From: Lama glama
Lineage: Eukaryota
Assembly (NCBI GenBank): GCA_028534125.1
Contig: CM052816.1
Coordinates: 17,300,326 to 17,364,000 of the forward strand
DNA length: 63,675 nucleotides
Direction of reading: 5' to 3'
The notes below the pieces were generated by a model. That model was not told the origin of the DNA. It saw only the letters and a list, made by a program, of their open reading frames with translations, and ran no database searches. A program made the translations under genes and the position numbers. Below, one piece after another: positions 40,271-53,007 of this stretch (positions within the stretch are counted from its first letter, which is position 1; each line of letters starts with the position of its first letter).

Positions 40271-43200
40271 GCTGGGTAGAACCTTCCTCCCCCTCCTCCT
40301 TTCCTAACACCACCCCCCTCCCTGCCCAAGACAGAGGATGGACACAGAGAAGCAAACCCCTCCCCATCACCTGATTCCTACGGGAGGTGTCAGAGCTAAT
40401 CCTGCAAGCAAATAGCCTGTTTCTTGCATCCCCTTTGAAACACTAAGTTTGGCTCTCACCCCAGGCAGCCTCATCACCACAGGCAGGGGGGGCGGTGGGG
40501 TGGGTAGGGGCAGGGAAAGCAACCTTCCCGGACAGGTACTCTAAGGAGAAGAGATGTGAGTTCTAGTGTAGTTTTGCCATTTAATCCCTGATTAGTGGAC
40601 TTTTCTGAATCTTTGCTTTCTTAGCTGGTAAATATGTTTCTACTTCTCAAGAATTCCATGCCTTCTTATGAAACCCTATTGAGGCTTTTTTAGAGTGAGT
40701 ACTAGTGGGGAAATGGCCCATATTTTAGATATAGGTCAGGAAGAAACTGGTTAGGTCTCAAAAAATTAGATTAGTGTCAAGCATGTGTTATAATGACAAC
40801 CAGAGATTAGTTTCTCTCTGAATGATCACATTTTTAAAAAATGTACTATTAGCTCCTAAAACTGTAATCAGGGGCCACATTCTGATATCTTATCTCCTGG
40901 AAGGGATTGGACCTTATCTCCTAGGATCACAGTGTTGCATGCCCCACTGTCTGAATTCCTAGCCTCTTCCTGCCAGCTGTGGTGGTGGACGTGGGATCCA
41001 GGCAGGAGCTCCTTTGCCAAGTAGACTGAGTTTGAGTGCTTCCTGCTGAGGCTTTATCCAGTGACTAAGCAAGGACATCCTATGCCTAGGCTGAGCTGTG
41101 GGCAGCCCTTCCACACTCTGAGGTCAGCATTAGACTTGCCAACTTCTCAGCCTGCAAACAATGATCTGGCCTGTGCCGCTGCATCACAATTACCCTTTTT
41201 ACTGTTCTCTTTTGGAGAGTGCAGTCCAGTTAGCACCTATGGGTGGAATACCACCACACTACAACCAAAAACCTACCCACTGTGAATATTTCACCCATCA
41301 TTTAAAAAATGATGTTTAATATTGAAATAAGATCAGAGATATGAGCAAATAAAAAGCACACAGCTCAACTTTTAACAAAGTGAAACACCCACTAAGCTAG
41401 GATCCAAATCAAGAAACAGAATCCCAGAACTTCCTTCCACTCACTCTGCCCCACTTTAAGAAGCCAAACTCCTGTTCTGACTTCTCATAGGTCAGTTTTT
41501 GAACTTTATATAGATGGAGTACTGATGTGTGCATGCTTGCTTTTCTGCCTGACTTCTGCCCTGCATACTGTCTTGCACATCATTTCTAATTCTTACAACT
41601 CACAAGGGCATTTTGTAGAGGAGGAAACTAAGGCTTATTAACAATTGATAGCTCCATGGTTTGAAGCTGATTGTGTCCACCTCCCAGGCCCCTGCTCTTT
41701 ACTAATGAACCCCACCCCAATGGGGAGACATAAGCGAGTGACACTTAACTCATTATTATTTAAGAACTTGCAGTCTGTTGGGCAGACAGACTGAAAACAT
41801 ATATCTACAATATGTACCCAAAGAAAGTAGTTGCCTGTAATCAAAGTTTACGGAAAGCACCCTGCAGTATTTTTATTCCAGATTCTTGGGTGAGGAAGGC
41901 TGCCTAGGGAAGGAATATTTGAGCTAAAACTTGGAGAATGAGAGTAGGATTTTGGAAAGTCATTCATGTTGAAGAAATTATATGGAATACAGACATGGTT
42001 GTTTGGAACAACTCATTTTGTTTAGGGGATAATTAACGTATGTGATGAGAATCAAGGGTCTTGAAGGGGATGTGGGAGATGAGGCTGGGAATGGAGTAGG
42101 GGTCTATGGAGAGGGTTAGGTAGTGAGGGCTTTATTTACGCCCTCAGTATTTATGCAACTATGTGCTATAAAACCATAATGTTGTGAGATGTTTATAGAT
42201 TTTAGGTTAAAAAAAAGTTCTCATGTCAGATACATTTAGGGGACAGTGGCTAAACAAAGGAACTGTAGGACCTGTCAGAGCTTTTATGTTAAGGGGCTTT
42301 ATGAATCTCTAAAGGGGAGTTGAGGTTGTGTATGATGTATTCCCTGGGCTCATTTGGTCCCAGAACCTCTTTACTACTGAATGTCTCCCAAGGAATACAT
42401 TATGGAGAAATCTTGAGGCCACCTTTCTTTGGCTCCCCCAAATATTCTACAATTTATTGCATCTGTTGATTTTCCTTTTGGCTGTTCATTTTGTTAGTGA
42501 TCTATAATTTTTGATTGTGAGGCCATCTTCAGAGGATGTTATGTCTATGGGAGTCTGAGTTCCCCTGGGCTGTGAAAGTGACCCTCGAGGGCAAGTTTAC
42601 TGGTTTGGAAATAGTTTTTATATTTTTGTCTTGACTATCCCTTGCACCACTTGGATAATGTCAGTTAAACCCCTACATCTGTATGTGGCATGAGCCTTGG
42701 GTTCTGATTTCTTGAAGATGAAGTTTTTACTCCCCAGGCCATAGGAGATGGCGAGCTTCCTCCCCTCTTCCTACAGCAGATGGTCAGAGCCCATCTAGCC
42801 CTGGTTTTACAGCTGTGGCAACACTGTCTGCATGAGCCTGTGGCCTGGATACTCAACCTCACGGGACACCGTTCCTGGACCATTAAAGTCTGTATCTGAA
42901 TTCTATGGGCCTGTGAGCCATTTTGGTCTCAGCTTTCATTCTGCTCCCAGACTTGAATTTCTTCTTATTTAAAGTGCTCAGGCATTTACCTCTTGTTTTT
43001 GAGTATGGCTCAAATCAGTTTTTTGGTAATGCATCATTTTTCATGTATTTGGAGCTGTAGGGGAAGATGCCTTCTGAGTCAGCTCAGTCTGCATGTTAAC
43101 TGTAAGGCGTTCTCCATTCTGGTGTGTTGCTTTGATCATTTGTGGGATTAGTGCTACTGAAGTAGTCTCTCAGCTTGGAGGCATTTCTGCCAAACCACTG

Positions 43201-43560
43201 TGCTTCTGTCCTTTTCCTTATCCTTTGCAGAATTATAGTGAAAGTCTTTTTACTGGCTATAGGCAGTAATCAAAAGCTGAAGAGCAATTTCCAGGCAAGG
43301 GAACAGTATTGTTTTAGTTTTGTGATCGTTTTGGTTTGTTTGAAGTCAGGTATCTGGCAGTGTGCTGTTGCAGGAAGAAAGCTGCACACTCTGTCATTCC
43401 TGCTTTGATTAATTTATTCATTCTCTCAAGAAATATTTATTGAGTGCTGTGTGGCAGATAGCATATTAGTCATGAGACATATTGGTGAACAGATAGACAT
43501 AAGATCCTTGCCTTCATGGAACTTACGATTACATGAAGGGACCAGATCTTATCAGATATG

Positions 43561-44059
43561 TGCTGATAAAAGAAATTTTCACATATGTAAGTATGGGGAA
43601 GTCATTCTCGCCTATACATGAGTTAACTTGAATTTTATGCTAACTAAAACAGCCTATTTGTGGCCTATCAAACATATGGCACATCTGCTTTAATTATTAT
43701 TGACCAGAAGTAAAGAATGTCCATGTTAAAAATAAAGATTGAATGCCCCTCTTCTGGGACGCCAGTGCTAGCACTCCTTTAGTGATAAGACTCCCTTCCC
43801 AGGTGCGAAGGCCATACTGTATGTGCTGTACGTGTGTGTACTGGGCTTTTTTTTTTTTTTAAACTTGAGGAAATGGATCTGTGACTAGTTTAATGTTCTT
43901 TGTTCTGACAAGATATAAAACTATGCCGAAAACCCAGCTTCTCAAGAGCAGTTTCTCAGAGTCATCTGGGAAGTGGGCTTCCAGGCTAGTCCTCAGTTTG
44001 GCTCAAATAAAACTCTTCTAGTCTTATTGTTGATTGTCGATTGATTATTTCTGTTGACA
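43561..44059 (+). mobile_element. ERV1-like solo LTR, sense to KLHL3
   Basis: About 500 bp from TG to CA (ends ttctgttgaca); TATAAAA at 43914-43920 followed by AATAAA at 44006-44011 in U3-R-U5 order; left boundary and TSD uncertain. Confidence 0.65.
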
Positions 44060-44392
44060 GTGAACTCACGACTATGTGTAGCTGCAGACAGTGAACTGTG
44101 CTATGGGGGAAACGTACAGAATACTTTGAAAGTGCCAATTGAAAGCAGTGATTCTGAGTGTTATCCTGACATCATAGCTGGGGAATGCTGGGCAGACCGC
44201 TTCCCCGCTTTCTGCCTCACTTTTCCTTTTTGTCAGGGACTCTAGCTGTTTCACAGGGCTCTGGTGGTTCTGAAATGAAGCCACTATAAGAAAGAGCTTT
44301 TTCAGTGCCATTGAAACTCTTAAGATGCTGATGCTGTCGGAGAGATGAGGGCAACTGGATGAGATTTCCTAGAGTCTGGGGTGCCTTCAGAC

Positions 44393-44593
44393 CAGTGGTA
44401 GGCTGGTCAGTGTTTAACCACTGGCTCTCCAAAAAATAATTTTCAAAGACCCGATTCGTTGGCTGATTCATTTGCTAATTTCCGTGGTGTTAATACTTCC
44501 ATTAAGGCTAATTTCAAACTAGCAGAGTAATGTCATTGAATGCTGAGTTGGGCAGAAACACTCACGGTAAGTTCCAGCTCCAGCACGTGACTG
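44393..44593 (-). mobile_element. MER63-like hAT-Blackjack MITE
   Basis: TIRs cagtggtaggctgg...ccagcacgtgactg; internal tttgctaatttccgtggtgttaatacttcc. Confidence 0.7.
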
Positions 44594-44767
44594 CTCCAGC
44601 TGTGCTCTGTATTGTGTGTGACAGTGCAGTGGGAGTATGGTTAGCATCTCTTGTTGAGTTACGGTTTGAGAAACAACAACAGAAATCTGATAGAAGCATT
44701 CTTGTGTCTGGAAGTGCTGTCTGGTCTTTTTAAATAAAATAATTGATTTTATTTTATTCAGGTTCTA

Positions 44768-45240
44768 AAATTTTTTATTGAAATACAGTTGACATATAGT
44801 ATTATTAGTTTCAGGTGTACAGCATGGTAATTCAACATTTAAATATGTTATGAAATGATCACCACAGTAAATCTAATAACCATCTCTCCCCAAAGTTATT
44901 ACAGTAAGATTGACCATATTCCTTATGCTGTATATTACATCCCTATGACTTACTTATTTTATAACTGGAAGTTTACACCTTTTGTTCCCTTTACCTATTT
45001 TGTCCATCCCCCCACTCCCTTCTCTCTGGCAACTATCTGCTTATTCCCTATATCTGTGAGTCTGTTTTATTTTTCTTTGTTGGTTTGTTTGTTTTGCTTT
45101 TTAGATTCCACATATATGTGAGATGATATGGTATTTGTTTTTCTCTGTCTGACTTACTTCACTAAGCATAATACCCTCTAGATCCATTCATGTCGTCACA
45201 GGCACGATTTCATTCTTTTTTATTGCTGAGTAATATTCCA
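44768..45240 (-). mobile_element. L1 3' fragment (L1MA-like)
   Basis: ttttattgaaatacagttgacat...ttagattccacatatatgtgagat...gagtaatattcca. Confidence 0.8.
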
Positions 45241-45281
45241 GAGAGAGACAGAGAGAGACAGAGAGAGAGTAAGAGAGAGAG

Positions 45282-45316
<35 letters not shown>
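45241..45316. repeat. Compound (GA)n-(GT)16 microsatellite
   Basis: Imperfect GA run followed by a perfect GT run. Confidence 0.9.
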
Positions 45317-45319
<3 letters not shown>

Positions 45320-46346
45320 ATTAGAGGTGCTGTCTTCCTGATTTAAAATTATGGCAGTGTATTTGGTAAATGCTATTGGCTCAGTCCCTGGAAAAGAAAA
45401 ATATACTGAGTGGATGTCCTAAGAGGGCATGGAAGATATGATTAGGATTATGGGTTTAGGCGTGTAGTTTCTCAGAATCAGTCTCTCCAGGTTTTTCAAT
45501 TACTCGTGCCTCTGATATGCAGTATTGCATAATGTTAAACTTAGGTTTTCGGAACTAGAGGTGAGTTTACATCTCAGATCCACTACTTCCTGGCAGAGTG
45601 ATCTTGGACCAGTTACTGACATCTCTGAGGCTATTTCTTTATCTGTAAAATGTGAGCAGTGGTACCTACTTCACAAACTTTTTGGTGGATTAAATGAGGT
45701 CAGGCATGTAAAATGCCTAGCACTGTGCCTGTTGTTATTGCTGAAGTTAGTCCGTCTCAAATCTCAAGTAACAAATCTGGTCCATGTAGAAATCTGGGTT
45801 TTCCCCTGATGTTCTCAAAATTGGCTTATTTTCCCCTGTCATGTATTTTGCTGAGAAGCACTCTTAACTGGACCTTTCCCCTTGCCAAGTCCCCACCCTG
45901 CCTATTTTGAGCCCCCTCCTCGATTCTCAGAACACATTTTGAGAGCAGGCATAAGTGTCCTAGGGCTGCCCCTTCCACTCCGTGAGCAGGTACAATCTGG
46001 TTTGGCAGCCCCTAGAACTCAGAGGTTGGTGGAGAAGGATCGAGTTCATCTGAGGGTCTCTGGCCAAGGCTGGTGCTTACATTGGAAGTGTGAGCCGAGG
46101 ACTGTGAAATCCAATTTTCTGCATCTCCTTTCCACACAGCAGCCTCATGGCACTCAAGAGATTGGTTCTGGAACATGAAGCAGTGAGGAAATGACGCTGT
46201 TTCTTTGTCTAAAAGTGAAATCCTAAGCATGCCTTGCGGGCAGCTGAGTATTTCCTCGTGGGGCCCATGAAAAGTATTTTCATCTGAGTAGACGTCACCC
46301 TGTCCCATGATTGAAGCCACAGACTCTCTGCTTAGATTTTACAGAC

Positions 46347-46550
46347 CAGGGGTTGACACAGTCTTCCCGTAAAGAGGTGGATAGTAAATACTTTAGGCTT
46401 TGTGGGCCACAGAGTCTCAATTCAACTCTGCTATTGCATGCAAAAGCAGCCATCGATGATTTGTAATGAGTCAGCGTGGCTGTGTTCCAGTAAAATTTTA
46501 TTTACAAAAACAGGTGCATGTAGCCTGTGGGCTGAGGTTTGCCAACTGGG
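46347..46550. mobile_element. MER58A-like hAT-Charlie MITE
   Basis: caggggttgacac...gtaaatactttaggctttgtgggcc...ggctgtgttccagtaaaattttatttacaaaaacagg...tttgccaac. Confidence 0.75.
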
Positions 46551-47974
46551 CAGCTACCGAGAATAATGGGAAAGAGCCTGAGCCCTGGAGATGGGTTCAT
46601 GGGGACCCAGCACTGCTGCTTTCTGGCCCTGGTCTTGCGAGTCATTCATTAAAGGGCAGCAATGTCTCCTCACCGGCTCAGGAGAGTCCAGGGCGATGGT
46701 ATCTGTGGGTCCCACATGTGGGGAATACCAGCTCCCCCTTTGCCTTGGCCGGCCCTTTGATGGGAGGGGCTGTTGGGATGATTTTAGGCACTTGGGCTAG
46801 TTGGGAGTTTATTTGCTTATTTTCCAAGCATGAAGTCTAAATGAAAAAAAATCCACGGCCTTCCCTAGCTGCCAAGAAGGTCACCGTTGCTGCTGAATAC
46901 CGTGGCTTTCACAGCTGAGTAGGTAAACAGTGCAACTGAGTGGAACCAGTTAGACAAGTCAAGCCAAAAAGAAAGATAAGATTACATATCGACTTCATTA
47001 GACTCAACCTGCTTTGCAGCTTTTATAATAAAGACTAAGCTGGTTGACGGGGAAGGGCATGATCTGTAAATCCCACCTTGTCGAGGACTTGTGGCTCATT
47101 CTTTAGGAAGGCTTTCTCAACCAGCCATGTGCTCTGTGCCTGGCATTGTGCTAAGTGGCAGGAAGTGCAGAGACAGAGCGGTACACTTCTCACCTTGCAA
47201 GGCTTACTGTCTAGTCAAGGGAAGTAGACAGAAGTGTGGGCAACCACAGTGCAAGGCAGAACAGGACCTGCTGTCCACCACCTAACCCAGCAAAGCCAGA
47301 CTTCTCCAGCATCCTTTGGTCTGTGGCCCGGGTTTGCTCTCCCCACCAAGAGTCCAGCCTCAGCCCTGCTCTCTGTTCCAGCCTGCTTGCAGGCTTATTC
47401 TGAACTCATTTTTCTGTCCATTCATTAAAATGTATTTGAGTGTGTACGTATTATGTACCAGCAAGTAAGACTAGGTCCTCGGTCTCGTGGATCTTAAGGG
47501 CAATTGAAGAAACATGCAGCTGTTTACAAAATAATGGGATGAGGGTGAGAGACAGCTCTATGAGAGTTAAAAAAATGAACTACACAGGGAGGACTTCCAT
47601 GGTGTGTGTGTTTATGTTTGTACACATGTCAGTTATTTTAGACAGAAATGGGTGCAGATTGTACATGCATTATCTTCCTTTCCTTTTGTTCCATTCCATT
47701 CATTTCTCTTCCCTTCTTTTTCCCTTCTGATTGACTCCTTTCTGGTATCTCGTCCAATTCGAGCATGCCCAGCCTGACTTCAGGATATTCTTAGGAAATA
47801 GGGTCAAAGCATCATTAGCATATCAATACACACAAAAATATAGTTAGGGTAAGAAAAATTGGAGGTTTTCTACCCACCATGGGAGCTACAGCTCTGATTT
47901 CAATTTGTGAATTGTGAAATTGTAAATTTTATTGTAGTATTTACCTTTTCTTTTCAGATTTCTTTTCTTCTCCC

Positions 47975-49300
47975 CTCCACTTTTTATTTTGAAAAATTCC
48001 AAACCTGTAGTAGAGTTTGAAGGCATGAACATTCATGTCCTCTTTACCTGAATTCACCACTTGTTAATGTTTTGCTTCACTTGCTTTCTCTCTCCGTAGT
48101 TAATCTTTTATTTTGCTGAACCATTTGACAGTAAATTGAAGATGTCATGACACTTCACCCCTACATATTTTAGTATACACCTCCTAAGAACAAGGAAATT
48201 CTTTTCTAGCCATAAAACTATTATCATACCAAAGAAATGTAACACTGATGTAATAATATTACCTAAGATACAGCCAGCATTCAAATTTCCTAAGTCTCAA
48301 GAAAGTCGTTTATAAGTTGTTGCTTTTTAATCCGTGATTCAAATAAGGATCATGACTTGCATTTAGTTCTCATGTCTCTAATTCCCTTAACCTAGAACTG
48401 TCTCCCTGCCTTTTCTTTTTCTGATTTCTTGCATAATCATAACAGTCTTTTTTTTTAGTTTATTTTATTATTATTATTTTTTTTTACATGTATACTTAAT
48501 TTTATTTATGCATCTTAATTCCATTCACAGTGGGGCGAGAACCAGGTTTGTAAGCACCTAATGGTATGTTCAGTCATGTGAACATTTGGTTAGCATGTGA
48601 TCTTGGTCTGTTTCTTTCTTTCTTTTTTTTTTTTAACTTTTTTTTTTATTGAGTTATAGTCATTTTACAATGTTGTGTCAAATTCCAGTGTAGAGCACAA
48701 TTTTTCAGTTAGACGTGAACATACATACTTTTATTGTCACATTCTCTTTCGCTGTGTCTTGAAGAATCCAGGCCAACTCTCTTGTGGAGTGTTCCAGACA
48801 TGGAGTTGTCTGAGTGTTTCCTCACTAAAAGATTCAGGTTAAATGTTTTAGGAAGAATACGACATAGGGCATGCTGTGTCCCTGCCATTAAATCAAAATC
48901 AAGAATATAAATAAATTTGGCCTATTTATTGGTGGTGCTAACTTTGATCACTCGTTAAAGGTGCTATCTGTCAGATCTCCCCATTTGAGACTCCCCCCAC
49001 CACCCCTTTTAATTAATAAGTAATCTGCAAGGTGACACTTTGAGGACTGTGGATATCTTTTCCCCAACAACTTTTTACCCAGTGACTTCAACACCTAAGG
49101 ATGAACTTTGCTTAACTAGTTATTACACTGGTGGTTGCAAAATATTTTTCTAATTCTATCATCCCTTTTACCTTCATTAGCTGGCATTTTTCCATGAAGA
49201 ATAGCCCTTCCCACACTTTTTTAAAGTATCCTTATGGACTCATGGACTCTTTTTCATTCTTTGGGTTATGATTCATTACTATCCTTTTCTTTTAACTAAG
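47975..49300 (-). mobile_element. Old L1 (L1MC/ME-like) 3' region, interrupted by a young L1 insertion at about 48450-48756
   Basis: tttattttgaaaaattccaaacc...ctgaaccatttga..gtaa...cctaagaacaagga; sequence resumes at gaagaatccaggcc. Confidence 0.6.
48612..48756 (-). mobile_element. Young camelid-type L1 3' end with poly(A)-derived tail
   Basis: Same sequence as 39865-39980 (gagttatagtcattttacaatgttgtgtcaaattccagtgtagagcac). Confidence 0.85.
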
Positions 49301-50665
49301 AATATCTTAAATTGAGATATGATTTACTCCCAGTGAAATGTATCACTGTTAAGTGTAAAATTGGGTTAGTTTTGACAAATATGTATGTCTGTATAACTCC
49401 CAGGCTGTCAAGATACAGAACGGACCTGTTACCACAAGAAGTTTTCCTTGGCCCCTTCCTGGTCAGCACTGATCTGATTTCTTCATTATTCTCTTTGATG
49501 TTTAAATTGCCCCAAAAGGCGGCAATGAAAAACACCATCTAATTCAGTATCTGTTTGATGTGCCCGCCACGCCCCACCTTAACCTTGGGAGCACATTCTT
49601 GCTTCCTGGCACAAGAAAGTGTTTTGTCTTATTATTAGTTGTTATTGTTATTATTGGTTTTCAATAGCAGAAAATATCCCATGGTAATACTAGTTTAATA
49701 ATTTCTCCGCTAGTGGGCTTCAGATTGTTTCCTTTTTTATCCTGTTAAAAAATGCTGCAGCAGACATCTTGGAACACATATTCTGTACCACCTTTGTGAA
49801 TATTTTTGTAGAATAGAGCTCTAGAAGTGGTATTTCTAAGTAAGAGTGTGCACATCTAATTTTTGATTGATATTGCCAAATTCTTCCTGCCCCTCTTAAA
49901 AAACCATGTTAATTAAGTTTCTGTCAAAAGTGATGATTTCTCTGAAGCCTTAGCAACATTGAGTTTTATGTGTCTTTCTGTCAATGGTGGTATGGAGTTT
50001 GCTTTTGAACTTATCCTTGAGCAAGGCAAATACCCAAGCCATAGATTCCCCTTTTTTGGTTCCAAGTCCTGTTTTGATTTGTATAGAAATGAAATCTCAC
50101 CTCAGAGGAGAGGATCAACCCCAGGAGAAATGTTTGCCATTCTCTGCCCTTCAGTGTCACATTCACTACTACAGCCAACTTTTGGCAGAAGATATCTTTA
50201 TTGCTTTTATTCTACATTAAATGAACACGGGAGATAGGTGAGGATAGGGTATGTGTGAGGGGATAATGACATTACCCCAGGGCTTTTGGTCTTCTTGAGT
50301 TCAGAGTTACAGCTCTGCATTTCTGCCCTGAAGTACCTCTTGGAACTGATTTTTGTTTTGCAGTGAAGCTTGATGATTCTACGTCTGAGGTAACAGGTTT
50401 ATCATTGCACTCATGGGTGTGTGTGTGTGTGAGAGAGAGAGAGAGTGCAAGAGGGAGGGAGAGAGAAAGAGAGATCACTCTCTGACATTAGCTAGCAGAG
50501 AAAGAATTTCTGTTTTTGTTTTAAATATTGGACCTTGGGTTAAGCACCTTTTTGGATGACTTGTAACTCTTCTTTCTATTTTTTCAGGTTGAGGAAGTTA
50601 TTTGAAAAGCTGTTTTACAGTTATTGTCTCTTTGCTAAAGTTACCTGCGTTGATTTTCCTTGTAG

Positions 50666-50782
50666 GTATTTGAAGCTGTGATTTCATGGATCAATTATGA
50701 GAAAGAAACTCGTTTAGAGCACATGGCAAAGCTGATGGAACATGTCCGTCTCCCTCTCTTACCTAGGGATTACCTAGTGCAG
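50666..50782 (+). CDS. KLHL3: KLHL3 coding exon (exon 7 equivalent), BACK domain
   Basis: ttgtag|GTA ... GTGCAG|gtgagt; 117 nt, phase 0 to 0; VFEAVISWINYEKETRLEHMAKLMEHVRLPLLPRDYLVQ. Confidence 0.97.
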
Positions 50783-52103
50783 GTGAGTGCTGTGCAAAGA
50801 ACCAAGTGCTTCCCTGCTCGCCCAGACCTCTAGGAGTAGCAGTGGTCAGCCCCGGGTGTAGAGAGTGGTGAGGGGTTTTACAGGTCTTTTGTGTGGGGTG
50901 AGGGCACCAGCCCACTGGGTTGAGTGTGAGGTGTGATAATGTAAGGTTTAAGAGCATAGGTTTGAGAGTAAGACAACTAGATTTAGTCCCTCCTCTGCTA
51001 CTTCTTAGCTTTGAGTTTTCACTTAACCTCTTCAAGGCTCAGTTTCTTCTTCCATGGAAGGGAAATTACAACAGAGCCTGGCAGGGTTATTGTGAGGACC
51101 AAAGACATTGTATAGGTGTTTAGCATGAAATCCAGAACAACAAATTTTCAATGGACATTAGCTGCTTTTGTTGTAGAGGACTGCAGCAAGAAGGGACTTT
51201 TCCATCCTGTTTCTATGTTCCATTTTTGCCCTTTTTTAAGGCAACTGAGAGCCCAATTCAGGACTGTAAAAACCAGCTCTTTGGGAAGAGTACATATTGC
51301 ATCTCCATCCTCTAAAACATGGTGCCCACATATTTTCTCTATTAATCCTTATAACAACCCTGGGAGAAGAGGTATTAACCCCCTTTTTATACATTTGGGC
51401 CTTAAGGCTTATGGAGGTGGGGGTTTATCTGGCATCACCAGCTGGTAGGGTCAGGATTCAAGCCCACATCTATCTGATTCTAAAGCGCACACCTTCTGTA
51501 AGCTGGGACCACCTTTAACACTCTCTGTTCCGTCTGTCCAGTACATGACTCACTTTGTGCCATCAATGGCATTAGATGTTTCACAAGCAGACAGAGGATA
51601 AAACTTGAATATATAAACAACCAATGCCAAGGCCATAGGCTGTCCCTGAGCTGTCCCCAAGAATTCTCGGGAGGAACGGCCGGTGTGCAGCAAGGGTCAG
51701 AGAAGGTTCAGCTGTCCAGCAGCCTAGCTCTGTCGCTTCTTGGCCACGTGACACTGGGCAAGTCCTCGACCTTTCTGAACCTCAGTCTTCTCATCTGGTA
51801 GAAATAGTACTGCCCTTACAAGATGGTTTGGGGACAGAATGAGATAATCCTGGTAAAGCCTGCAACCGAGTGTGCAGTGACGTTACTGCTGCCTTCACAA
51901 CCACTGCTACTCTCAGTAGTTGTGGGAGACGTGGTATCCTGACCAGTGCTTGTGAAGTCCTCAGCTTGTGACGTTGTTGACCACAGGCCCAAGGGCTCAG
52001 TCAGATGTTCTCTGAATCTCTAAACTTCAGCCTCCCCTCAGCTGCTGAGGCGTGTACTTGTAAGACTGTATGTGCCCTGCAGTTTACGCTTTGGGTGGTA
52101 CCA

Positions 52104-52120
52104 CTGCCACCTGGTGGCAG
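52104..52120. promoter_or_regulatory. Candidate CTCF site (palindromic core)
   Basis: ctgccacc-t-ggtggcag; minus strand reads GCCACCAGGTGGCAG, matching the CTCF core consensus. Confidence 0.5.
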
Positions 52121-52754
52121 CGTATCCTTCCTGTAGAAAAGGTCCACTCTGGAGAGACTGAACCCACCTGAGCCCCCAGGGTTGGAGCCAGACCTCCCAC
52201 TGTCCTGAGCAGGGGAGGAGGGTGGTACTGCCCACAGGTCCAGGTGGGCATGTGGCCTACAGCATAGTCTCACTTTCCCAGGGAGGAAGGGAGGCCTGTG
52301 GACTTGGGTTCCAGATAAAGGTGAAGAGACCCTCCACTCACAACCTCCATCAGGTGCCCACACCTGAAACTTAACAAAGACTTTAGAAATAGTTCCTGGG
52401 TCATTAGGGCAAAGTCAGATTTAGCTCTGGAGAAGGGGGTCAGAGGCAATGGGCATGAGAACTGTTGTATGGGACTTTTATTGTTTTTTAAGAGGTTCTT
52501 TTCAGAACAAGAAGATGTTTCAGTTCATTCATTTGACCTTGAAACTTCAAGCTAGTATAACCACCAGGGATAGCTGATGGTGGAAAAGGAGGATGGGGAA
52601 GGAAGAGCCCTGGGCAGACCTGAACAACACTGACTCCTGGGGGAGGTGTTTTTTGTTGTTGTTATTTTTTGTGTGTGTTTTTAAAAATAGCTAACATTTA
52701 TTAGGGTTAAAAAATATTGTGCCAAGCGTATAACATGCTGAATCTTATTTAAAA

Positions 52755-52929
52755 TTTTGTTATTACGATAAAATGTATATAACATGAACTTGATCATTTG
52801 CACCTTTTTAAGTGTGTGGTTCGGTGGCATTAATTGCATTCATCGTGCTGTGCAGATGTCACCATATCCATTTCTAAAACTTTTTCATCACCCCAAATTG
52901 AAACTCTGTACCCATGAAGCACTAACTCT
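52755..52929 (-). mobile_element. L1MA/MB-like 3' end
   Basis: ttttaagtgtgtggttcggtggcattaa...tttcatcaccccaaattgaaactctgtaccca. Confidence 0.7.
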
Positions 52930-52943
52930 CTGGGGGAGCTTTT

Positions 52944-53007
52944 TTTTTATTCTTTTTTTTAAAAAATATTTTTATTGAAGTATAGTCAGTTTACAATGTT
53001 GTGTCAA
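52944..53007 (-). mobile_element. Minimal young L1 3' end with 13-bp TSD
   Basis: tttttattgaagtatagtcagtttacaatgttgtgtcaa; TSD tgggggagctttt at 52931-52943 and 53008-53020. Confidence 0.8.
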
